DNA of 64,000 nt from Bacteroidia bacterium (GCA_020053795.1 JAGVMN010000007.1:31248-95247); one strand, 5' to 3'. Shown: positions 1 to 10,149, counted from the first letter of the stretch. Made by a program: numbers and translations. Notes: generated from the sequence alone by a model not told the origin.

Positions 1-142
1 CGTACAGGGTGCTGTTGACAGGTACTGAAGTGATGGCACAACTGCCTCCTGAACAACCAACATAGTGGAAATAAAGGTATCCTCCAATGGCCCCAATTAT
101 AACCCCGAAAATCGTGATCAAATATTTTTTTATAAAGTTCAT
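1..142 (-). CDS. small membrane protein with GCSGGSC motif, 3' end lies outside the window; start overlaps the stop of the upstream MBL/rhodanese gene (ATGA)
   Basis: Reverse-strand translation gives MNFIKKYLITIFGVIIGAIGGYLYFHYVGCSGGSCAITSVPVNSTLY... There is one hydrophobic helix followed by a Cys-x-Gly-Gly-x-Cys motif. The start overlaps the upstream stop as ATGA. Confidence 0.35.
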   Translation of the reverse strand, partial: MNFIKKYLITIFGVIIGAIGGYLYFHYVGCSGGSCAITSVPVNSTLY

Positions 143-1494
143 TTCTGAAATGATTTTACTGCTTCACTTAAATCAAATACTTCAATATTGTCTTTCATCG
201 CGGCTTTGATGATACTGCTTCCCGCAGCACTTCTGTAGCCTCCGGCACAATGTACTAAAATAGGTTTATGGGTGGGCAATTCGGCGGTTCGTTCCCTCAG
301 TTCATGCAGGGGTATGTGGATGGTGTCTGCAAAAATTCTATTGACTTTTGCCTCCGAATGATGGCGTATATCAATGATAGAGAAGGCATCTTGGTTATTT
401 TTCAAAGATGCTGTATCAAAAAAATTCATTTCCGTATCGCCATAATGGAGAACGAAGGCCATTTCAATCTGAGATTCGTAACCAATCTTTGCACTCCGAT
501 CAATCAGTTCTGATAATACAAGATCATTTTCGGCCAACAGATAGAATTTTTCATTTGGTGCAACAATGCTTCCAAGCCAGGTTTCAAATCTGAGGTCATT
601 CATCAGGTTGATAGAATTTTTCAAATGTGATTTCTTAAAAACGGCTTGCGGTCTGCTGTCAATAATCAATATATCCGGATTCAATGCTCTTGCACATCCT
701 TCGCATTTGACCGGTTCACGCCGTCTTACTTTTGAAACACTGGTTTCATATTTGAGGGCTCCTTTTTTATTGAGCCCTACATTGAATGTAAAATACTTTG
801 GTATAAAAGGTTGATCAGATAAAAGTTCATCAACAAAGTCCTTTTCAGTCATATTCTGCAAACTCCAGTTGCTTATTTTTTCTGCTCCGATGCTGCTGCT
901 TTTCTGTTCGCTCAACCCTTTGCCGCAAAGGCTTCCGGCACCATGGGCCGGGAATAACAGCACATCGTCTGGCAGGGTCATCAGCTTAATGCGTAGTGAA
1001 TGATACATTTGCTTTGCCAGTTCTTCTCTTGAAGCAGTAATTGCTCCGGCTTGTTCTCTCAGGTCCGGTCGGCCACAATCTCCAATGAACAAAGTGTCGC
1101 CGCTGAAAACGGCTATTTCTTTACCGCTTTCGTTAATAGCAACGATGCTGATACTGTCGGGAGAGTGACCTGGTGTATTGAGGGCTTTTAAGGTGATATT
1201 CCCCAACACAATGGCATCTCCTTCATCGAAAGTCTGATGTTCATATTCGGCATCAAGCAATTGGCTGACATATAGGGTGGCTCCCGTGGTTTCGTGAATT
1301 TCTTTGTGGCTGCTGACAAAGTCGGCATGCGGATGCGTTTCAATTACAGTTGTAATTTTGACTTTCTGATCTTTTGCCAGATCATAATATGCCTTCGGAT
1401 TTCTTGACGGGTCAACTAAAGCCATCTCACCATTACTGATGATTGCATAGGAGTAATGGGACAGATTTTTATCTTCAAATTGTTTGATTTTCAC
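139..1494 (-). CDS. MBL-fold metallo-hydrolase (persulfide-dioxygenase-like) fused to rhodanese domains
   Basis: HPHADFVSSH metal-binding motif (HxHxDH) is in the N-terminal half. The C-terminal half has two rhodanese-like segments, and the last carries the active-site loop CAGGYRSAAG. Confidence 0.7.
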   Translation of the reverse strand: MKIKQFEDKNLSHYSYAIISNGEMALVDPSRNPKAYYDLAKDQKVKITTVIETHPHADFVSSHKEIHETTGATLYVSQLLDAEYEHQTFDEGDAIVLGNITLKALNTPGHSPDSISIVAINESGKEIAVFSGDTLFIGDCGRPDLREQAGAITASREELAKQMYHSLRIKLMTLPDDVLLFPAHGAGSLCGKGLSEQKSSSIGAEKISNWSLQNMTEKDFVDELLSDQPFIPKYFTFNVGLNKKGALKYETSVSKVRRREPVKCEGCARALNPDILIIDSRPQAVFKKSHLKNSINLMNDLRFETWLGSIVAPNEKFYLLAENDLVLSELIDRSAKIGYESQIEMAFVLHYGDTEMNFFDTASLKNNQDAFSIIDIRHHSEAKVNRIFADTIHIPLHELRERTAELPTHKPILVHCAGGYRSAAGSSIIKAAMKDNIEVFDLSEAVKSFQK

Positions 1495-1566
1495 TTCTCT
1501 TTATTTTTATAGTACAAAGGTCGTATGAGGATTTTAGCATGATGGTTACAAAAGTTACACAGGCCA

Positions 1567-2166
1567 TTATTTTTCCGTCATCCCAACAAATCTGATAACA
1601 TTAGCCAAGCCTTGATGGTATGCTCCTTCATTAAGGATTATCGTTTTTGTTTCAAGAAGTTTTACGTGCATGCCTTTGAAGTCGGCTTGTAACATCTCAA
1701 CAGTGTAAAGCATGTTCAAGTCTTTAGGACCGCCGGATGTGTTGTAAATCTGAAGCGGGTTGAATGCTTCCAGTATCATTAGGCCGCCGGGTTTTAACCA
1801 CTTCATTATTTTCTGATGTACGGTTGATCTTATCTTCATTGGGAAATGGGCATAAATCAAAGCAGCCGCATCAAAGGTGTTGGCCGGATAATCAATGTTG
1901 GCCGCATCGGCAATTTTATATGAAATGTCCACGTCATTAAGTTTAGCCAATCTCAGGGCTTTTTTCATTCCTTCTTCACTAAGATCAAAAGCTTCGGTCT
2001 CCCAGCCCTGCAAACCGGCATACACAGAGTTGCGGCCTTCTCCATCGCAGGGAAATATAATTTTTCCTAAGGGAAGATTCTGAAGTTGCCCGGCAAGGAA
2101 TTGATTAGGTTCCTTTCCATAAACAAATTCATCCTGACTGTATCTTTCGTTCCAAAAGTTGTTCAT
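1567..2166 (-). CDS. class I SAM-dependent methyltransferase (TehB/TPMT-like)
   Basis: Gly-rich SAM motif IIFPCDGEGRNSVYAGLQGWE is followed by an acidic beta-2 end (FDLS). Size is about 200 aa. Confidence 0.6.
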   Translation of the reverse strand: MNNFWNERYSQDEFVYGKEPNQFLAGQLQNLPLGKIIFPCDGEGRNSVYAGLQGWETEAFDLSEEGMKKALRLAKLNDVDISYKIADAANIDYPANTFDAAALIYAHFPMKIRSTVHQKIMKWLKPGGLMILEAFNPLQIYNTSGGPKDLNMLYTVEMLQADFKGMHVKLLETKTIILNEGAYHQGLANVIRFVGMTEK

Positions 2167-2239
2167 TGGTGGAATTTGTTTTTTTATACTCTTGTCTGAA
2201 CCATCAATTCAAATGATTTGAATACATTGGTCTTTCGGA

Positions 2240-2446
2240 TTATTTCTGTTTTCTTTTAGTTGAAATTCCGAAGGGTAAATACAATGGGCAGATGCCAATA
2301 AAACTTGTTGCAACCAACAGCACCGCAACAATGAGCAGGATAATAGCCGTGGTTCCTGAAATTTGACTGATAAAGTACAACACGGTGATGATTATTACAG
2401 CGAGGATTCTCATAACATTGTCTGCCATTCCAATATTTGTTTTCAT
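2240..2446 (-). CDS. DUF2892 (YgaP-like) small membrane protein
   Basis: 68 aa with two TM helices and the C-terminal ICPLY motif typical of DUF2892. Family members are often linked to rhodanese genes. Confidence 0.55.
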   Translation of the reverse strand: MKTNIGMADNVMRILAVIIITVLYFISQISGTTAIILLIVAVLLVATSFIGICPLYLPFGISTKRKQK

Positions 2447-2473
2447 GAGTTTGTATTTTTAAACGATTTGGTT

Positions 2474-2860
2474 TTAAAGGCTTTCGATGACTTTGTTTAG
2501 CTTTTCTCTCACCTGCCCGGCCACATTTCCTAAAGAATTATTTTTAATGGCCATCATGGACGCAACCGGGTCCACAGCGGTTACTTCCACTTTCCCGTTT
2601 TCGTGCTCCTGAACAATGATATTGCAGGGAAGCATGGTGCCTATTTTGTCTTCAGATTGTATGGCCTTATATGCAAAATGCGGATTGCAGGCTCCCAGAA
2701 TGCGGTATTTCCTAAAATCAATGTCAAGTTTCTTTTTAAAAGTATCCTGCACATCAATTTCAGTGAGGACACCGAAACCTTCTTTTTTAAGTTCTTCTGT
2801 AACTTTGCCAATTGCTGTGTCAAAGTCATAACTGACGGTTTTTGAAAAATGATAGCTCAT
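2474..2860 (-). CDS. DUF302 domain protein
   Basis: 128 aa. The N-terminal pattern YDFDTAIGKVTEELKKEGFGVLTEIDV matches DUF302. Confidence 0.55.
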   Translation of the reverse strand: MSYHFSKTVSYDFDTAIGKVTEELKKEGFGVLTEIDVQDTFKKKLDIDFRKYRILGACNPHFAYKAIQSEDKIGTMLPCNIIVQEHENGKVEVTAVDPVASMMAIKNNSLGNVAGQVREKLNKVIESL

Positions 2861-2934
2861 GTTGTTAGCGGTTTTTTTTTGATTTATTAGACCGCAAAAC
2901 TCCGTTATAAAAAATTAATGTTTGGTGACTTTTG

Positions 2935-3555
2935 TCACATAAGGTTAATTTTATTCCTACCCAGTTTCACCAACCCTTCATCTTCCATTTGTTTGAGCAG
3001 GCGGGAGACAACCACGCGTGCCGTTCCGAGTTCATTGGCTAATTGCTCATGAGTTACAATCAGGGTATGGCTTTTGGTCATTTCGCATTTCTTTTTGATG
3101 AAATTCAGCAATCTTTCATCCATTTTTTTGAAGGCAACCGCGTTTACCACTTCCAGAAGTTCCTCGAAGCGTTTGTGGTAGAGACGGAAAATGTAATCGA
3201 GCCATTGGGGATATTCCTTAATGAGCAGGGTGACCTTTTCAATGGGGATAAAGAGTATTTCGGTGTCTTCCTCGGCAATGGCTTTCACCTTGCTGGTATC
3301 GGAGTGCATGCCGCCCAAAAAAGACATGATACAACTTTCCCCGGCTTTTATGTAATAGAGCAAAATCTCCCTGCCGTCTTCATCTGTCCTTAGCACCCGA
3401 ACACTTCCTTTAGTCACAATGGGTATGGATTTGATGTAGGCATGCTCGTTCAGAATCACATCTCCCTCGGAAAAGCTTTTGGTGATACCGTATTCAGCGA
3501 GTTTTTCCCTGACATCGGGTGAAGATTTGAATTCCGCCAATTTGTCTAATTCCAT
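2935..3555 (-). CDS. Crp/Fnr family transcriptional regulator
   Basis: N-terminal cNMP-binding beta-roll. C-terminal HTH ELANELGTARVVVSRLLKQMEDEGLV. Confidence 0.75.
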   Translation of the reverse strand: MELDKLAEFKSSPDVREKLAEYGITKSFSEGDVILNEHAYIKSIPIVTKGSVRVLRTDEDGREILLYYIKAGESCIMSFLGGMHSDTSKVKAIAEEDTEILFIPIEKVTLLIKEYPQWLDYIFRLYHKRFEELLEVVNAVAFKKMDERLLNFIKKKCEMTKSHTLIVTHEQLANELGTARVVVSRLLKQMEDEGLVKLGRNKINLM

Positions 3556-3755
3556 GCCGCAAAGGTAAAGAGATAAACCTTCAAAAGGTAATATGTGCCT
3601 GATTTGGTGTGAGTAAGAAATATGCTTTGATAAATATTGATCTCGTCAAATGACTTCAAAATAGCGATCAGGTGGCCATCCGTTCACGTTTCTATTTCCT
3701 TATGGTGCTAAAAATTTGTCACCCGTTAATCGGAAATCATTATTAAAAAAAATAA

Positions 3756-3780
3756 AAAAAGCACGGAATTTCCGTGCCTG
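3756..3780 (-). terminator. rho-independent terminator downstream of the first GT4 gene
   Basis: Perfect 8-bp stem GCACGGAA/TTCCGTGC, followed on the minus strand by a long T-run (forward aaaaaaaataaaaaaa). Confidence 0.6.
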
Positions 3781-3799
3781 TTTCAAATGATAGATTATC

Positions 3800-4978
3800 T
3801 TATCTGCTGAACTTTTCGAACAGCGATTTCAAAATCAAGACCTGTCTCTTATGGCCAAAAAAAGTCTCGCAAACTTGTCTTCCCTTTTTGCCAACAGCAT
3901 CAAACCTTTCATAATCCTTGTATCTCTCTGATATTATAGTGCAGAGTGATTCGACATTCCCTGCCTCAACCAAAAAACCGGTTTCGCCGTCTTTGATGAA
4001 TTTTGGGATATCGCCAACATTGGCTGAAATCATTGGTCTTCCCGTCGCCATGTATTCGGCCAGTTTTGTCGGTAAACCGAATTCCGAATAGTCTTCGGCA
4101 GTCTTGTTGATAATCAAAAGGTCACATTCAGCCAACAATTCCGGAATGTCATCGTAGGTAACGGCACCGGTTTTTTCAACCGCCTCCTTATTAACTCCGC
4201 TTTGGGCAAGCAGGGTTTCATAAAATTTCATGTAAGGATTGTAACCGATCAAACGCAACTTCAGGTCTTTGTTTGTTTCAGAGGCTTTTGCGAATGCCTC
4301 GATAATTCCGATAACATTATCTTTTGGTGCAAACGAACCGAGATAACCAATGCGGTTGGTTCGGGTATCCGGGGGATCTTTAAATCGGGAAAAGTCAACA
4401 ATGGCAGGGATGATGGTAACGCGGTCTTGACCGTATCCTGAAACAAATACGGCCTTCATTCTTTCAGAGATAACCACCAAATGTCGGGTGAAAAAGGGGA
4501 GGAGCAACAGGTTGATTCTGTGCAGGAAAATGGAGCATCGCTCTTTTATATTCTTTGGGATAAAAGCGGGTTCGTATTCAGTTTTCTCAGCAATCAGGGG
4601 TTTTCCGGACAGGGCCTGGTAAAGATATACAGGTAAAAACTCGGGTAAGCCTGGCTGATAAACATACATCAAGTCAAATCCTTTTCCTTTGCAAAGCAAA
4701 AAACAAAAGCAACGAAACAAGTTGGAGATTTTTTTTAAATTTCTGATCACCGGATTTCCCGATCTGACGTTAGAGCCGCAAAGGTATTGATAATATGTTC
4801 CATCTTTTATCCCCTTCAGTTGGGCATTCATTCCGGTTTCATTGAATTTGGTTGGAGCCAAAGTAAAAAAAGAAGCATCCACATCAAGTTCCTTCAAACC
4901 CTTAGCATAGGCTCTGAGTCGGGAGGTGGCGGCATTTCCTTCAACAAAATCGGAGCATGAGAAAAAGGCAACTTTCAT
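3800..4978 (-). CDS. glycosyltransferase family 4
   Basis: C-terminal EX7E-like region FGLPTKLAEYMATGRPMISANVGDIPKFIKDGETGFLV. Confidence 0.75.
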   Translation of the reverse strand: MKVAFFSCSDFVEGNAATSRLRAYAKGLKELDVDASFFTLAPTKFNETGMNAQLKGIKDGTYYQYLCGSNVRSGNPVIRNLKKISNLFRCFCFLLCKGKGFDLMYVYQPGLPEFLPVYLYQALSGKPLIAEKTEYEPAFIPKNIKERCSIFLHRINLLLLPFFTRHLVVISERMKAVFVSGYGQDRVTIIPAIVDFSRFKDPPDTRTNRIGYLGSFAPKDNVIGIIEAFAKASETNKDLKLRLIGYNPYMKFYETLLAQSGVNKEAVEKTGAVTYDDIPELLAECDLLIINKTAEDYSEFGLPTKLAEYMATGRPMISANVGDIPKFIKDGETGFLVEAGNVESLCTIISERYKDYERFDAVGKKGRQVCETFFGHKRQVLILKSLFEKFSR

Positions 4979-5042
4979 TCAAAGAAGGGTCGCACGGAGA
5001 CATGGAGAATTAACTCAGTGAACTCCGGGCCTCCGTGCGAAA

Positions 5043-6140
5043 TTAAACCTGTTTATCTGAAGCTGCGTAAATCCGCTCGATAATCTCCACCACTTTGGTG
5101 CCTTCAAGGGCATTGGCTGTTATCTCACCGGTTCCCCTGAGGGTTTCAATCACATTGTCTATCATCAAATGGTGATTGGCCGCACTGCCGCTGTATGGCC
5201 CATAGCTGTTAGCCTGATTGGTTTCTGATAAAACCGGCATGTCATAGTTTTCAATATGGCAATATTCCACTGTATTCATGTATTGCCCGCCGATTTTTAA
5301 ACTGCCTTTAGAACCTATAACTGTCATGGAACTCTCCATGTTTTTATCCCAAACAGAAGTGGAGAAATTAATAACCCCAAGACCGCCTTTTTCAAATTCA
5401 AAAATACTGTTGCCTGTATCGGCAAAAGCGGTGGTCTCCTGATGATTGAAACTCGTCGTGTTGGTTTTAATATTTCGGATATCGCCAAATACCCAGTACA
5501 TGATATCAATAAAATGACTGAATTGCGTGAACAAAACCCCGCCATCTAGTTCTATGCTGCCTTTCCATGGGTGTAAACCTTTAGCGATTCTTAATTTCAT
5601 GATGTCTGTCTGGGTTTTGTTTTCAAAATTCCCTTCTAAGGTCAACTGCCCGGGTACCCGGTAATACCTTTCATCGCGGTTCCAATAACAGTTTATCTGA
5701 ACCATGAATATTTCGCCAAGGGTTTTTGTTTCCGCCAGATTTTTAAGCCAGACACTTGGCGGACTATATCGGTTTTGTTTGACAACGAATACCTGTTTGT
5801 TCGACTGCATAGATTGATGTATCACTGCCTCGCAGGAGGATTTTGTCAGACCCATGGGTTTTTCTATCACCACATGTTTACCTCGTTTCAAACATTGAAT
5901 GGCCTGTGAGGTGTGCAGACCGTTGGGGGTGCAAATACAGACCACATCCGTCGAAGTATCGTTCTCTAAAAACGTCACAAGAGAAGAGTAAAATGGAATG
6001 CCGGCCGGAATATCCAAATCAGTTCTGAAATCAATCACAGCGGTCAGTTCAGCACCATCATCTGCCTGGATAACAGATGCGTGACGCTTACCAATATGCC
6101 CGTATCCACAAACAGCAAAACGAATGAATTTTGAATTCAC
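5043..6140 (-). CDS. Gfo/Idh/MocA family NAD(P)-dependent oxidoreductase (WbpB-like sugar dehydrogenase candidate)
   Basis: N-terminal Rossmann motif FAVCGYGHIGKRHASV. Size is 365 aa and it sits in a polysaccharide locus. Confidence 0.65.
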   Translation of the reverse strand: MNSKFIRFAVCGYGHIGKRHASVIQADDGAELTAVIDFRTDLDIPAGIPFYSSLVTFLENDTSTDVVCICTPNGLHTSQAIQCLKRGKHVVIEKPMGLTKSSCEAVIHQSMQSNKQVFVVKQNRYSPPSVWLKNLAETKTLGEIFMVQINCYWNRDERYYRVPGQLTLEGNFENKTQTDIMKLRIAKGLHPWKGSIELDGGVLFTQFSHFIDIMYWVFGDIRNIKTNTTSFNHQETTAFADTGNSIFEFEKGGLGVINFSTSVWDKNMESSMTVIGSKGSLKIGGQYMNTVEYCHIENYDMPVLSETNQANSYGPYSGSAANHHLMIDNVIETLRGTGEITANALEGTKVVEIIERIYAASDKQV

Positions 6141-6150
6141 TGATTAATTA

Positions 6151-7380
6151 TCAATTGGAATGTGGTGTCCGCGAGTGCTCGAAAAGTGAAACAAGTTTGT
6201 AAACGTTCTTTTTAAGATAATATTCGTTGTTGACAAGGGATCTTGCGTTTTCAATAATGGTTGCTCTCAAATCGTTGTTGTAAAGCAGTTCAACGATGGC
6301 ATTGGCAATTTCGCGATGGTCTTCCGGCTGTACTAATAATCCGGTGATTCGGTGTTTTACAATATCAGGAATTCCGGCAAAGTTGGATGCAATCACAGGT
6401 GTGCCACTTGCCATAGCTTCAATGATAACTGTTGGCAATCCATCTCTCGTAGATCTCGACGGAAGTCGGCTGGGCATTATCAGCATGTCGGAGTCTGCTA
6501 TTTTTTTAATGATGGATTCCGCTTTTCTAAATCCTCTTATTTCCACCTGATCGTTCAGCGACAAACTCAAAATCAGATGTTCAAGTTTTTTTCTTTCAGG
6601 GCCCTCGCCAAAAATTCCGCAACTAAAATTTATTCCATAATCCCTCAGTTTTGAACAGGCAAATATCAGCGTGTCAAATCCTTTTTTGTCGTATAAAGCT
6701 CCAACAGCTATCAGGTTCAAACGGCTTTCGATATTGACAATGGGATTGAAAACAAACTCTGCCGGGTCTATACCGTTCGTAATATGATGAAACTTGCTTT
6801 TATCTTGCAGAAGCAAATTGAAATGAGGTTCGATCTCGCTGGAAATGGTTCGCAAAAAGACGGCTTTTGATAAGATGTTTTTCAGGAGACTCTCGGAGTA
6901 AAGACAAGAAAGGGTATGCAGTGTCAGACTGTAAGTGGCAGAATGTAATTTTGCAAACTGATAACAGGCATAGGTGGAGAGAAACAGGTGATGGCTGTGG
7001 AGATGGTTGAAAGGTTGGCGGGAATATTTGGTTCTGTAACTCAGATTGTCAATACAAAAACCCGAGAAAAGTATTTTGAAGAGACTCTTTTTTGAAAGCA
7101 AAGAGGGCAAGCTTCTGAAAAATTCAAGCGTCAGGAAAACAGATTTCCCATGAAGCAGTAAGAAAATGGTACTCACAAGATAGCTGAACGGATTCGAAGA
7201 AGGATAGATCACCTCTACTTCACCTGTAATGTAATTCAGCGATTGATTTTTTTGGAGGAGTTTAGGGCGAAGACATAAGACCCTGACGGTATGCCCGTTG
7301 TCAAGCAATTCTTTTATTTCCCGATAGATAAATACCTCGGGAGTGCTGGGGTAGGTACTCAGAACGTAATCAATTTTCAC
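6151..7380 (-). CDS. glycosyltransferase family 4
   Basis: EAMASGTPVIASNFAGIPDIVKHRITGLLVQPED motif. Confidence 0.7.
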   Translation of the reverse strand: MKIDYVLSTYPSTPEVFIYREIKELLDNGHTVRVLCLRPKLLQKNQSLNYITGEVEVIYPSSNPFSYLVSTIFLLLHGKSVFLTLEFFRSLPSLLSKKSLFKILFSGFCIDNLSYRTKYSRQPFNHLHSHHLFLSTYACYQFAKLHSATYSLTLHTLSCLYSESLLKNILSKAVFLRTISSEIEPHFNLLLQDKSKFHHITNGIDPAEFVFNPIVNIESRLNLIAVGALYDKKGFDTLIFACSKLRDYGINFSCGIFGEGPERKKLEHLILSLSLNDQVEIRGFRKAESIIKKIADSDMLIMPSRLPSRSTRDGLPTVIIEAMASGTPVIASNFAGIPDIVKHRITGLLVQPEDHREIANAIVELLYNNDLRATIIENARSLVNNEYYLKKNVYKLVSLFEHSRTPHSN

Positions 7381-7970
7381 GGTTTAAAGATTTTTCTCAG
7401 GGTGAACCAAATGATTTTCAAATCAAGCAAAAAACTGCCATTGTCTATGTATTCACTGTTTATTTTCAATTTATCAGGCATCACCACTTCTACATACAAT
7501 TTTTCGGGTTGAGTTGATTTGGCCAGAAGTTCATTTTCATTGATGTATTTGATCGAAGCCCAGTCGGTAATTCCAGGTTTAACAGTCAGGACTTTTCTTT
7601 GTTCATTGGTGTACATCTCAACATAATATTCGACCTCGGGCCTTGGGCCAACAATGCTCATTTCACCTTTGAGAACGTTTATCAATTGTGGTATTTCATC
7701 CAACTTATATTTTCTAATAAACGCACCCGTTTTGGTGATTCTTTGATCATTGTTTCCTATGGTGATCAACCCATGTTTATCAGCGTTCAGAAACATACTC
7801 CGGAACTTAAACAGCCTGAAAACCAACCCGTCCTTCCCTACTCTTTTTTGACTGAAAAACACCGGTCCCCTGGATTCAGATTTGATCAGAAATGAAATAA
7901 GTAACATTAGCGGAGACAGTATCACAAGCCCGCTTAGACTGACCAAAAAATCAAAAAGACGTTTTGCCAA
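7377..7970 (-). CDS. undecaprenyl-phosphate sugar phosphotransferase (bacterial sugar transferase, PglC/WbaP C-terminal type)
   Basis: One N-terminal TM helix, then KRVGKDGLVFRLFKFRSM and DEIPQLINVLKGEMSIVGPRP signature motifs. Confidence 0.8.
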   Translation of the reverse strand: MAKRLFDFLVSLSGLVILSPLMLLISFLIKSESRGPVFFSQKRVGKDGLVFRLFKFRSMFLNADKHGLITIGNNDQRITKTGAFIRKYKLDEIPQLINVLKGEMSIVGPRPEVEYYVEMYTNEQRKVLTVKPGITDWASIKYINENELLAKSTQPEKLYVEVVMPDKLKINSEYIDNGSFLLDLKIIWFTLRKIFKP

Positions 7971-9192
7971 GGGTTAGTTCTTTTTCAACAGCATCGCTCA
8001 CAGAGTGGCAAATATATTCAAGATCGGAATCAGATAGTTGGGGGTAAACGGGGAGAGAAATTTCGCGGCTGTAGTTGTCGTATGCTTTGGGAAAGTTCTC
8101 AATATCAAATCCCATCTTCTTAAACAAAGTGAGCATCGGCAGCGGAATAAAATGCACATTAACCGAAACGCCCGTTTTGGAGATTTCATCCATGATCTTG
8201 TCACGTTGATTTTCTGCTATGCCTTTGATGATAAGCATATAGAGATGGCAGGAACTGGTTTGGTTTTCGCCCGTATAAGGTGGATTAATGGCCCACTTTT
8301 TATCAGAGAAATATTTTAGGTAATATTCAAAAACCCGTTTTCTTTCCTGTTGCAACTGATCATATTTTTTCAATTGGGCCAACCCGATAGCAGCACAAAC
8401 ATCTGGCATGTTCACCTTATGACCCAGGGCAATAATATCGTATTTCCAGGCTCCGGGACCCGACTGTGATTTGGTGAAGGCATCCTTGGTTTGACCATTG
8501 AGGCTGAAAATCTTCAGGTACTTTTTGGTTTCCTGCACCTCAAATACCTCGGGTAAATTGATGCAGATGGCACCTCCTTCGGCTGTGGTAAGATTCTTCA
8601 CGGCGTGAAAGGAATAAATAACAATGTCCGCATCGAAATTAAAATGCCTGCCTTTATAAATAGATCCGAAAGAATGAGCCGCATCGGCCAATACAAGTAT
8701 TCGCCCTAACTTTTTTTGAACGTCAGTGGCAGGTTTGAACAAATGTTTTTTGTTGGCAACCAAAGCTTTAATTGAATCATAATCTGCCAACCAGCCACCA
8801 ATATCAACCGGCATGATAACTTTTGTTTTTTCGGTGATTACCTGTGCTATTTTTTTAGGGTCAATAGTGAAATCATCTTTAACATCAACCAGAACCGGGG
8901 TTGCCCCGCAGTGTAAAACCGTTAAGGCCGTTGCACTGTATGTATAAGCGGGAACTATAACTTCATCGCCCGGCCCGACGCCAAACCACTTAAGCATCAA
9001 CAAAGCTCCGGAAGTCCAAGAATTGACACATATACAGGCAGCAGCACCGGTGTATTTCTCAACGGCTTCCTCAAGGGCTTTGACCTTTGGCCCGCTGGTA
9101 ATCCATCCGGATGAAAGTGATTCTTTTACTTCGGCATAAACGTCTTCGTCTATGAATGGTGGTGAGAATGGAATTGATTTCATGGCAATCAA
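7951..9192 (-). CDS. DegT/DnrJ/EryC1/StrS family PLP-dependent sugar aminotransferase
   Basis: ADAAHSFGS and the SFHAVKNLTTAEGGAI motif (PLP lysine). Confidence 0.75.
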   Translation of the reverse strand: MIAMKSIPFSPPFIDEDVYAEVKESLSSGWITSGPKVKALEEAVEKYTGAAACICVNSWTSGALLMLKWFGVGPGDEVIVPAYTYSATALTVLHCGATPVLVDVKDDFTIDPKKIAQVITEKTKVIMPVDIGGWLADYDSIKALVANKKHLFKPATDVQKKLGRILVLADAAHSFGSIYKGRHFNFDADIVIYSFHAVKNLTTAEGGAICINLPEVFEVQETKKYLKIFSLNGQTKDAFTKSQSGPGAWKYDIIALGHKVNMPDVCAAIGLAQLKKYDQLQQERKRVFEYYLKYFSDKKWAINPPYTGENQTSSCHLYMLIIKGIAENQRDKIMDEISKTGVSVNVHFIPLPMLTLFKKMGFDIENFPKAYDNYSREISLPVYPQLSDSDLEYICHSVSDAVEKELTLGKTSF

Positions 9193-9201
9193 AAATCAGT
9201 A

Positions 9202-10149
9202 TTAAAGTAGTTTCCGCAATCCTAATAGAAACCCCAGTCCATAACCTATATGAACGGTTAGGTAGGCTATAAATACCAGGAACATCAGTTTGATGCTCTT
9301 CGCACTTTTGATAGCAAAAAAGGCACAAAGAGCCAGATAAATTAAAAGTGGGAACTTAGACACCCAGCCCGGAATTAATATGCAAGCAATCAGATATAAG
9401 ACGAAAAGCGATGGTACTATATGTCTGAGGCGGATACCGGATTTTATTTTCCTAAGTACCATTGGCTTGTACAGACCATAATCGTAATACTGTTTAAACA
9501 AACCCGAAACTGTGTTTCTCGGATAATAGAAAAGTTTGATATCCGGATTCTGATAAATTTTGAATCCCAGACTCCTCGCCCGATAGTGAAACTCATCGTC
9601 CTGATTTCTTTTTTGCTTGACGTCAAAGAGGCCTGTCTTTTCGAAAATGCTTCTTTTCCAGCTTCCAAAAGTGACTGAATCGGTATATCCTTCAAAGGTT
9701 GTGTTGTGAACCGAACCATCACCCATCCCCAATGGTGTATTGAAAATATAGGCAACAGCTTCCTGAAACGGACTGTTTGATGCCGTTCGGGTCGGGCCAC
9801 CAACAATGTCTGCATCGGTAGTATCAAATGTCTTTAGAATTTGTTCGAAGTAGTCTTCCGCATAGTCAGTGTGGGCATCTAACCGAACGATATATTGTCC
9901 GGTACAAACCGGGATGGCCAGATTAAGGGCAAAAGGAACGGTTCTTTGAGGATTGCTGATGATCCGAATTTCGGGATTTGATGTTTGCCATTTTTTCAGA
10001 ATTTCAACCGTGCGATCCTTTGACATTCCGTCAATAAAGATAATCTCTTTGTTCGATGGAGAAGCCGTGGTAACAAATCGAAGTACCTTATCAAGGTAAT
10101 GCTCTTCGTTGTAAACCGGGCAGATAATTGAAATAACCGGATTGGTCAA
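9202..10149 (-). CDS. glycosyltransferase family 2 with C-terminal TM segments
   Basis: ISIICPVYNEE start and a DxD-containing GT-A core. The C-terminal section is hydrophobic. Confidence 0.7.
   Translation of the reverse strand: MTNPVISIICPVYNEEHYLDKVLRFVTTASPSNKEIIFIDGMSKDRTVEILKKWQTSNPEIRIISNPQRTVPFALNLAIPVCTGQYIVRLDAHTDYAEDYFEQILKTFDTTDADIVGGPTRTASNSPFQEAVAYIFNTPLGMGDGSVHNTTFEGYTDSVTFGSWKRSIFEKTGLFDVKQKRNQDDEFHYRARSLGFKIYQNPDIKLFYYPRNTVSGLFKQYYDYGLYKPMVLRKIKSGIRLRHIVPSLFVLYLIACILIPGWVSKFPLLIYLALCAFFAIKSAKSIKLMFLVFIAYLTVHIGYGLGFLLGLRKLL

Noticed and set aside
268-814. Plus-strand ORFs (268..513, 408..593, 566..814) inside the MBL/rhodanese gene
   Set aside because: They are antisense shadow ORFs within a well-supported 451-aa coding region, they lack motifs and they have skewed composition. 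The same reasoning applies to the many other opposite-strand ORFs nested in long genes throughout the track, for example 3043..3393, 6296..6654, 8038..8319, 19238..20205, 21729..22270, 45478..46281, 47355..47826 and 50164..50878.
4981-5040. GCACGGAG...CTCCGTGC inverted repeat between the GT4 and Gfo/Idh/MocA genes considered as a terminator
   Set aside because: The 8-bp stem has a loop of about 32 nt and no T-tract. It lies inside an operon with tight gene packing, so it is more likely an incidental or weak attenuating structure.
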